Translations under genes and position numbers: made by a program
Source of the DNA: Octopus sinensis
Lineage: Eukaryota
Direction of reading: 5' to 3'
NCBI RefSeq assembly: GCF_006345805.1
Contig: NC_043000.1
Location: 151,466,001 to 151,530,000, forward strand
DNA: 64,000 bases
Shown: positions 54,361-64,000 of the stretch, in pieces
Position numbering within the stretch: the stretch's first letter is position 1
Layout: each line of letters begins with the position of its first letter
The notes under the pieces: model-generated
The model's database searches: none
What the model was told of the DNA's origin: nothing
What the model saw: the letters and a program-made list of their open reading frames with translations, nothing else

Positions 54361-54640
54361 TATGTATGTATATATATATATATAATATATATGTATGTAT
54401 GTATGTATATATATATATGTATGTATATATATATGTATGTATATATGGTACTTGTATATATATATATATGTATGTATGTATGTATATATATATGTATGTA
54501 TGTATATATATATGTATGTATATATGGTACTTGTATATATATATATATGGTACTGTATATATATATATATATATGTATAATATAGATATATATATATACA
54601 CACACACACATATATGCGTGTGTGTGTGTGTGTGTACGCG
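54190..54640. repeat. Compound TA/TATG microsatellite (PHAF1 intron 1)
   Basis: Low-complexity tract with short higher-order repeats. Confidence 0.95.
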
Positions 54641-56689
54641 CGCGCAGCAGACACGGTGCCCCCTTGTCTTTTTACCAAATGCAACTTCCTTTCGCTCTTG
54701 AGAAATTGGGCGATCGTCTAAATAAAAACAATCAGAATAGTTGTTTTGATTCAAAGCCTCGTGACTGATGTTTCACCTGCGAACAACCGAGTCACTTACA
54801 AAATGAGCAGAAACGAACGGCTATTATTATTATTATTATGTGTCTTCCTCCACACTGAAAAAAATGTATTCACAATTTAACGTTGAAGAAAATTCTGTTC
54901 AAGACTTAGTATTTTGAGGAAGAAAGAATATTTTTAACTGTTATGTAATAAACATTGATAAAGGCTATCATTATCCCTCGACTCCCCTCAATAAACCAAC
55001 ACGTCTACACTCCGATGTTTGTTTTAAAATCTATTAATTAACATTAATGAATACTAATCAAGCTACACCTTTTCCGTTTTTTTTCTTTTTCTTCTTCTTT
55101 TTGTCAAGTGCTTTATTAGTATAATGTATGTGTATGTAATTCGTTGCGATGACGAAAGTTACATAAAAGAACCATGTTATTCAGTACAACTTATCGAAGC
55201 TATTATTAGATACCAAATGACCATTTGTGACGACCACTGTTGCATCTTGAGATATTTATTTTGTCTTTTGATGCCAGTGATAATAACAAATTGTTATTAT
55301 CCTCATATCGATGGAGATCTTAATTGTTTTCATAGGGAAATATTATCGTATGAAAGAATAGATAGTTCGGGAGAACTATCTAATTTTTTTTTTTTTTCAT
55401 GATTGATGGGGGTTTTAATGAATGCATCGATTCTGGATGTTTTGTCTTTGATTATATTTAGGGGAGATGTGGTAATGTTATGCGGACAAATGATAATTGA
55501 TTAGAGCATGGCTTGTTTTAAGGCTTCTATGGAAACAAATTGTCAATTAACAGGATTGATATATATATATGAATAAACTGAATAAAGATGAAATGACCGA
55601 GTAGATCTCGTGATATCAGAGCAGACGTATCTTGTCACCTACTCCTAAAAATAGATATTCCATGCATTTCCCTGTCAATGTTACTTCTCTGTGATAGGCT
55701 AGCGTCCTATCCATGGAAAAGAGAATTATCTACTTATCAAAAACTAGAATTTAGCATGAATGGGATTCGTAAACACACTTTCATTTGAACTGAAAGTACT
55801 TTTAGGTAAAATGGCTTTACGGATCGTTGATTTCCATTCAGTTTGTTTTTTTAAGATATGGCTTATTTTCTATCTTTTATTTATAATTCAATTCCAAAAA
55901 TATACCATTAGAATAGTGTTTCGTAACCGTATTTTATTTTATTTTATCCGCATACAAATGTTTGTACTTCTCTCCCCTCTATTTTGTACTTATTTCTCTT
56001 TAAATAAGTAAATCAATGCAGTGTGTTCCCTTTTTATGCCTTTTTGCTGAGTTGGCGCGAGTGGAATGAAGATTTCAACACTATTTCGCACAATTCTATC
56101 GGTTACATCGTTTTTACAGTTTTCTTGTTTTGATATTCTATCATTGTGCTTGTGTATATAATACTAAAACGTGTGGGCGTGTTTAACCTTCTGTGTATGC
56201 TTTTAGAAAATAAATAAATAAATATTTTTTCCGACTGTAAACATTTCATAAACACTAAGGGTTTTTAGGGCCATAAATAGGCCCATTTTTAAGGTGTGAA
56301 GTGAGTGAGAAAGTAAACCTCGTAGCTAGCATCTTAATGTTGGTAATTATTCCAAGTAAAGCAACATAGAATAACCTATTCTACCTAGAAACAACAACTG
56401 TAGCAGATTTGAATTCATAAAGAACAAGTTGCTACTTCAAAAACTTTGGCCCAATTGCCTGTTCCTTTTCTATGTAGAACCTATCTAGTTGCTTATGGGT
56501 TACATCTCAACTTATTAAAAGTAAATTATTTTGAAGAAAATTGTGATAGAAATTATTCACTGCTATTAATGTACAACTGCTGCCAAATCCTGTCTTAATT
56601 ACAGGGCTTTGTTTTGCTACTGGTTTAATAATTATACATTTACATTTATACAAACCTACGTGTACACATAGAGTGTTGCAATAGCAAAA

Positions 56690-56997
56690 ATCTGCTTATG
56701 TAGCTCGATTTGCAACCACGTTGTTTCAGGTTCAGTCCCACTGTACAGCACCTTGGAAAAGTGTCTTCTAATACAACCCCGGACTGACCAATGCCTATGT
56801 GAATGAATTTGATACATGGAAACAGTGTGATATATAAATAACACAGGCAGAGAAAATCTGCCTTTTATCATAAGAGATGCATGTGTTTTCCCCCCACTAC
56901 TGCTTGACCCTGAAAACTGGGGTCGTTTTTTTTTTCAACTAAACCCTTAAAGGTGGTGCCACAGCATGGCAACAGTCTCATGACTGAAACAAGTTAA
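56690..56997 (+). mobile_element. SINE family A (old, deleted)
   Basis: Diverged head and tail; a similar old copy lies at ~58322-58640. Confidence 0.65.
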
Positions 56998-58089
56998 ATA
57001 TATAAATAATTATCAACCAAATAAAGACCAGTTGTGTACCATTTTATTTTAAGTAGTTTCAAGCTATCAGATTCCTTTAGTTTATGAAAATATATTATAT
57101 CAGCAAAAATTTTCTTTTTTATGTTAACATATATTCTCGATATTTTACTTGCTTTATACTGAATACTAGAATTACATACAAATTAGGTTTGGCATCTTTA
57201 AATTAGTTACTTATTTAAATATTTAATGTTTCAAGTTGATATGGTGCCCACCAAGCATAATCTTATACAGAAACCTTATAAAATAGCTCACAAATTTAGA
57301 GAGAATTGCCAAGTTAATTTTTCTTTCCTTTGTCTTGTAGAAGAAACTGCTTTTACTCTGTGAAGGCACTTGTACTTCTTAACTAACAATTCCTTGTTGT
57401 TATAACATCCTACAATATATAAATGTCATAAACTCCTATATATATATTTTTTTTTCATTCATAAATAATAATCTTCAGATTTTTTCCAATATTTCTTTAT
57501 AAGTTCTTGAATTGTTTTTTTCTTCTGGTTTTAAAGAATATTCTAAACTTTGACACAAACTATTGTTTACACTGCACTGGCTCCCTGTTTCCTTCTTTGG
57601 GTTTTGAAGACATGGCTTCAGCAATGTTAGCTGATAAAATACTCATAATTCACTACTCTTCTTATTTGCAGTACTAAAGTCCTCTTATTTAGTGGTGATA
57701 TACAACTAAGTTAACTGAACCAGTCTAAGTTAAATCACAGAAACCATTGTAACAACAGCTGGTAATTCAATATACTGATTCAATCTAACAATTAATTTTA
57801 GTTTTATTATAAATACAATTATTAAAATTATATGATTTATAAATTTATTCTGTTCTTATGAAAAGAAGTTTTAGTTTGCATCTATTACTCATTATAGAAG
57901 CTTAGTTGTTGGATAAAGAACTAAAATATTTTTGACCAAGATCACTGTAGAGTTTGTATGGCTGGTCATAAATTGATTCCAATGTTCTCACAAGAACAGT
58001 GCCTTTACTCATCTGCTCTCTTTGCTGTGATGCCATTAATCTCTATTTACAACACAAGGAATAGTATAAGGAAAGTAGCCTATGTTGTA

Positions 58090-58305
58090 TCATCATCATC
58101 ATTTAGCATCCGCTTTCCATGCTGGCATGGGTTGGACGGTTCAACTGGGGTCTGGGAAGACAGAAGGCCCAGCAATGTTTCTATGGCTGGATGCCCTTCC
58201 TAATGCCAACCACTCCGTGAATGTAGTGGGTGCTTTCTACATGCCACCGGCACTCGTGCCAGACGAGGCTGGCAAACAGCCACGGTCGGATAGTGCTTTT
58301 TACGT
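58090..58305 (-). mobile_element. Family C RTE-type 3' element (internally deleted)
   Basis: Same tail and body as the other family C copies. Confidence 0.7.
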
Positions 58306-59318
58306 ATATAGTTTAAAATTTGCTGTGGCTATGTGGTTAAGTACCTTGCTTCCCAACCATGTGGTTTTGGGTTCAGTTCCACTGTGCGACACCTTGGGCA
58401 TATGAGTAGATTTGATAGAGAACCATCATATGTGTGTGTTTGTGTTTGTCCCTCACCACTGTTTGACAACTAATGATAGTTTGTTTATATCCTTCTAACT
58501 TAGCATTTCAACTACTAAGACTGATATAATAACTACTGGATTTTATTTAAAAAAAACATGTACTGGAATAGATTTGTTCAGCTAAATAAGCCAAGGCAGT
58601 GCCCCAGCATGGCCACTGTTCATTGTCTGAAACAAGTGAAAAAAAAGGTATTTCATAATAAAGCGTTGGTTGGTGCACTTCTGAAATGTTAATCCCTTTT
58701 CAGTGGTGCAACGATGCCGCAAGACTTTATTAAAAGCTCGCTTCTGGCAACTGAAGATTTGCATTGTGTTATAAAGGAATTTTGTTGTAAATCTGAAACT
58801 GTTTCCTAATTTGGTAATTTTTAAAGTTAGGAAAACTATTTCTAACTTTAGTACAAGGTCGTTGTCGTCGTCATTGTCGTAGTAGTAGGCAGTCTCTCAC
58901 CCCAAATTTTTGTGTTTCTAAAATATTAGATTACATTATTGAAAACAACATATGAATTACAAATTTAAGTTGGTGACAAAAAATTCTCAAAAATCTCCCA
59001 GGCACATTTGGAGCAACAGACCTCAAAGTAAAGGCTTGTTTTGTACTGAGAAGTCCACAATAGAGCTATTTGTAATTCACTGTCAACTTCCTGTGCAATG
59101 CAGCCAAATTCTCCCTAAACCATTTTTTTTTTTTTTATCATTTTAAATAGAGAAAATATGATGATGCAGAAATTCTAAAACTACTTCTATTCTCTGAGCT
59201 TCCATTAAGATGTCTGTTTTCTCTTTGCTTTTCTAATAAGATGAATAATATATTACATTTGTTTTTAAATGGGCCCAATTCTATCAACTTAAAAAGAATT
59301 TTAGCAGAAGTATTTCAT

Positions 59319-59724
59319 TTACTCTTTTACTTGTTTCAGTCATTTGACTGCGGCCATGCTGGAGCACCGCCTTTAGTCGAGCAACTCGACCCCGGGACTT
59401 ATTCTTTTTTTTTGTAAGCCCAGTACTTATTCTATCGGTCTCTTTTGCCGAACTGCTAAGTGACGGGGACGTAAACATACCAGCATCGGTTGTCAAGCAA
59501 TGCTAGGGGAACAAACACAGACACACAAACACGCACACATATATATATATATACATATATACGACAGGCTTCTTTCAGTTTCTGTCTACCAAATCCACTC
59601 ACAAGGCATTGGTCGGCCCAAGGCTATAGCAGAAAACACTTGCCCAAGATGCCACGCAGTGGGACTGAACCCGGAACCATGTGGTTGGTTAGCAAGCTAC
59701 TTACCACACAGCCACTCCTGCGCC
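59319..59724 (-). mobile_element. SINE family A (PHAF1 intron 1)
   Basis: Full-length match to the family consensus. Confidence 0.9.
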
Positions 59725-60493
59725 TTTGTGTAGTTTTCCATTCTTACATGAGACTGGCTCAGAGTCTGCTTGGCTTTGTCTGTTACACCAATTAAGTATA
59801 GTTAATATCATGCATATAAGACATTAAGTTGACAATGGTAATATATTTTACAGCACCAAGTATCAACTTCTTTATTTGGGCACACTCACCTACGTAGTTG
59901 TTATGCATTGTATTTGTTTCATTGTGAAATTCCTATTTTCTTTTTTTTTTAATTCCTTCTATTGTTGTACGAGAGGATTCAGTTTTGGCATTGTTAACTA
60001 CCAACTAAAGTCGTTTCCAGTTATTATAACATTTCACCACTGAGTCATTTTTTTTCTTCTTTCCACTCTTCCTTGCTAATCTAAACTTAATAAGCATAGG
60101 AAGAAATGGTAGAGTTATTTCCTCGCTAGCATATAAGCACAGTACCAACAACATTTACAAATCCATCACTGTTCAATTAAAAGACCTGATATTTAGCTAC
60201 TCCACTATTATGATGCCAATGATGAAATTAATGTCAATTAAAACAGTTGTGATACAACAGAAATAAATGTATTTGATTATGGCATAGATTTTTTAGGCTT
60301 GATGAGTTCATAGCATACCAGATAAAGTGCTTATGACTTTGTTTTATCTCTCAACATTTGGTGAAATAAACACAATTGATATATCAATTCAATTGACTAT
60401 TTCCTAACAAAAATTGTCATTGTGAGTGGCCAAAGGAAATCAATATTGCCATATCTAATCAGTGAGAATAAATCCTGAAATATCAACTCATAA

Positions 60494-60998
60494 CATAAAA
60501 AGCACCATCTGAACGTGGCCGATGCCAGCCCCGCCTCGACTGGCTCCAGTGCCGGTGGCACATAAAAAGCACCATCCGAACATGGCCATTGCCAGCGCCA
60601 CCTTGACTGGCTTCTCTGCTGGTGGCACATAAAAATCACCATCCAAACGTGGCCGATGCCAGCGCCGCCTCGACTGGCTCCAGTGCCGGTAGCACATAAA
60701 AAGTACCATCCGAACGTGGCTGATGCCAGCTCCGCCTTGGCTGGCTTCCGTGCCGGTGGCATGTTAAAAGCACCAACCGATCGTGGACGATGCCGGACCC
60801 CCTTGGCACCTGTGCAGGTGGCACGTAAAAAGCACCCACTACACTCGCGGAGTGGTTGGCGTTAGGAAGGGCATAAAGCTGTAGAAACTCTGCCAGATCA
60901 GACTGGAGCCTGGTGCAGCCTTCTGGCTTCCCAGACCCCGGTCGAACCGTCCAACCCGTGCTAGCACGGAAAACGGACGTTAAACGATGATGATGATG
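60494..60998 (+). mobile_element. RTE-type 3' element (family C) with tandem 67-bp structured units and (GAT)n tail
   Basis: Four 67-bp units start at 60494, 60561, 60628 and 60695; a 62-bp unit starts at 60762. These are followed by GTTGGCGTTAGGAAGGGCAT...GGACGTTAAAC(GAT)n, a tail resembling RTE-clade LINE 3' ends. Confidence 0.75.
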
Positions 60999-61708
60999 AA
61001 CACATCTTACTGCATTCAAACATTTTAAGAGATCATTCATGGTTGAAGCACAGCTGTTAGTTCAGTAGTATTTTGGAGTTCCAACAGGAATAATTTATGA
61101 TTTGTGCACAAAGTAAATAAATTTTAAAGAAAAGGGTTTTTTAAAGAGTATAATTATTGTTAAACTATTTTAGTATTAACCTTTTCAGTTATTACTACGT
61201 TGAGTTCAGGACTTTATTGCTTAATTTTTTTTTCTATTTCTGTCAGAGGTGGAAAGGCATCTCCCATGACCCTTTTCAGGGTATCTGTTATTGGTGGGAG
61301 GAAGAAAGGAAGTTATTCTTAAGGCTAGTGGCCTTGATTAAATTCTTCCAACAGAGTCAGCCTGACTCAAGACACTCAAAGGAGTGGTGTTTTACTGAAT
61401 GACAGATTAATTGTAACCACTGGAAAAACACAATGGGTCTCTCTGATTGTCTTCCACACAGTTTCTCCGGATGGAACTGTGCAATCATGTCAACCTTGAT
61501 CAAGTAAACCTGTTATCAAAGATGTTCCAGCTACAACGATTCTGTTTTTTTCAGACATGGCATATACAGACCATGTTATCAACCAAGTGTTTTTTTAAAG
61601 ATAATAGTGTGGTTTGAAGGTGATTTGGAAACTGTTTGTAGCAGGATACATGACTATATAGAGCACCCCCTTCCCCTTCTACCTATCTCTTCGCTTGATA
61701 AAGTATAT

Positions 61709-62120
61709 ACTCTTTAACTCTTTTACTTGTTTCAGTCATTTGACTTCGGCCATGCTGGAGCACCGCCTTTAGTCAAGCAAATCGACCCCGGGACTTATTC
61801 GTTGTAAGCCCAGTACTTATTCTATCGGTCTCTTTTGCCGAACCGCTAAGTGACGGGGACGTAAACACACCAGCATCGGTTGTCATGCAATGCTAGGGGG
61901 ACAAACACAGACACACAAACACAAACACACACACACATATATATATATACATATATACGACAGGCTTCTTTCAGTTTCCGTCTGCCAAATCCACTCACAA
62001 GGCATTGGTCGGCTCGGGGCTATAGCAGAAGACACTTGCCCAAGATGCCACGCAGTAAGGCTGAACCCGGAACCATGTGGCTGGTTAGCAAGCTACTTAC
62101 CACACAGCCACTTCTGCGCC
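61709..62120 (-). mobile_element. SINE family A
   Basis: Full-length match to the family consensus. Confidence 0.9.
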
Positions 62121-62516
62121 AACTCCATATGCTGAGTTGGCAGGAATAACTACTTCAATCTTTTCATACATCCTCCATTTAACTCCACTTCTCTTCAATC
62201 AGTTCTGATCTAATTTATTCTTGATGGAAGGGTTGACTCAAAGCTATGGTAGAAGACACTTGCTGAAGGTGCAACACAACATTTCTTTCTATGCTTAACT
62301 TGACAACAGTTTGCTTCGAAGTTTAGAAGATCTCTTCTCAACAACAAGAAGAGAATAAACAAAGAATCAGTCGAGTTATTAAGATGTAACAGAATAAATC
62401 TGAACTCATTTTGAAGTGGACGTCTGAACCACTCAGCCAAGTTTGTGGAATGGCATGACCATTTTCAGATCTCTATAACTCAACAACGAGAAAGTGATCT
62501 TGTTGATTATCTAGAG

Positions 62517-62839
62517 CAGTGTTTCCCAAACTATCTTCCCCCAGGCCCCACTATAACTTTCTAGAAAAAAAAAAAAAAATTTATTTTTAATATTGTTATA
62601 TTTTGGGATGGTAATTTTTAATATTTTATCACAATTACTTAATACAAAAGAATCTGCCAATAACTTTTTTATTTAGTACTGAGTACAAAAAACAAGTACA
62701 TTATTGACTAAGAAAAAGAAAAGATTTTCACATTTCCATATCCCACTAAAAATAAAGAAAAAAATTTTGGACCCTATACCCTACCACAATTTTCCCAGGC
62801 TTCTCCAGTAGGGAGCATGCCCCATGTTGGGAATTACTG
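62517..62839. mobile_element. hAT-Charlie-like MITE
   Basis: CAGTGTTTCCCAA ... TTGGGAATTACTG; 8-bp TSD ATCTAGAG / ACCTAGAG. Confidence 0.75.
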
Positions 62840-63003
62840 ACCTAGAGAAAGAAATCCTTTTGTTTGGAATGTAATCTGTAGGCACTACAAGAGGCACATG
62901 CATTTCCGATTATATCCATCAGAAAAGAAATAATTAACTATACATTTAGCAGGCATTTCTTCCATACTGGATGTTATGGTCATTGTAAGGATTCAGTAAC
63001 ATA

Positions 63004-63413
63004 GGCGCAGGAGTGGCTGTGTGGTAAGTAGCTTGCTAACCGACCGCATGGTTCCGGGTTCAGTCCCACTGCGTGGCATCTTGGGCAAGTGTCTTCTGCT
63101 ATAGCCCCGGGCCGACCAATGCCTTGTGAGTGGATTTGGTAGACGGAAACTGAAAGAAGCCTGTTGTATATATGTATATATATATATGTATGTGTGCGTG
63201 TTTGTGTGTCTGTGTTTGTTCACCTAGCATTGCTTGACAACCGATGCTGGTGTGTTTACGTCCTTGTCACTTAGCGGTTCAGCAAAAAGAGACCGATAGA
63301 AGAAGTACTGGGCTTACAAAAAGAATAAGTCCCGGGGTCGAGTTGCTTGACTAAAGGCGGTGCTCCAGCATGGCCGCAGTCAAATGACTGAAACAAGTAA
63401 AAGAGTAAAGAGT
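63004..63413 (+). mobile_element. SINE family A
   Basis: Full-length match to the family consensus. Confidence 0.9.
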
Positions 63414-64000
63414 AGTCATGGAATTATTTAGAAATACCATGTAGTTGGATAAGATACTCACCTGATGGTTCATACCTGTGTTTGATGAATCTCATGTGAG
63501 TTGCACACCAGCTATCACTCTCAGAGCCCAAAATTAGAACAATAGCCTGGTTTCTATGGTTATGGTTATCTAAGACAACTGAAATGGTTTTCCATTGTGT
63601 TCTCCGGGTCCATAGGTGGATTTGATCTGCTCATATATTTCACAGGAGTTAGCTGTATCTATTCACTGTACCTGTTTAAAGGTAGATGAACTAAGCCTAC
63701 AATAATGAGTGTCTCAACCAGCTGCAGTTCTCAGTAAAATTGGTTGATGAGTTCTTCCATAGGGTAGGGCCAATATTAACATAAAGATAAGAGTTTATAT
63801 TTACTGAATGGGTTAAGAAAACCTGCTTTGCTCTGTGGGAAAAGGATTTTCTTTACAAAGGCTTAATTATGATATCTGTATCAGGCATGTGATTATGTAT
63901 AATATCAAAATTTGGTTAAAGAAAATGAAATTGCGCAAATCAATATCAACCTGGGTGTGTTTTATTGATTATTAAAATAAGACCCTGTGTGCTAAGAAAA

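Noticed and set aside
60494-60840. CRISPR-like appearance (constant motif with variable intervening sequence)
   Set aside because: The intervening sequences are homologous to each other, the context is a eukaryotic retroelement tail, and there are no cas genes.

Overview
AT-rich, repeat-dense animal genomic DNA. The SINE families and microsatellite load point to an octopus-type cephalopod (inference). It holds two real protein-coding genes, arranged head-to-head with start codons 1,082 bp apart. (1) A complete CBF-beta gene (CBFB/Brother, the Runx partner) lies on the minus strand in six coding exons from 52033 to 24121, with alternative exon-5 donors and a probable ~2.8 kb 3' UTR. (2) The first coding exon of PHAF1/C16orf70 (UPF0183) lies on the plus strand at 53115-53178; the rest of that gene was not found in the window. 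Almost every ORF in the supplied track is an artefact of SINEs or microsatellites. The remainder is transposon-derived: about 28 copies of a CORE-like tRNA SINE, Meta-domain-like SINEs, RTE-type 3' elements, Tc1/mariner, pogo, hAT and Helitron relics, and a Penelope-like palindrome. Most notable: a tandem array of hairpin + H-type pseudoknot units in the RTE-type 3' element, with visible compensatory changes; a minimal hammerhead ribozyme in the Penelope-like insert; CBFB-PHAF1 linkage shared with human; and a vertebrate-like alternative 5' splice site in CBFB exon 5. All calls were made by eye with no database searches, so repeat boundaries are approximate.
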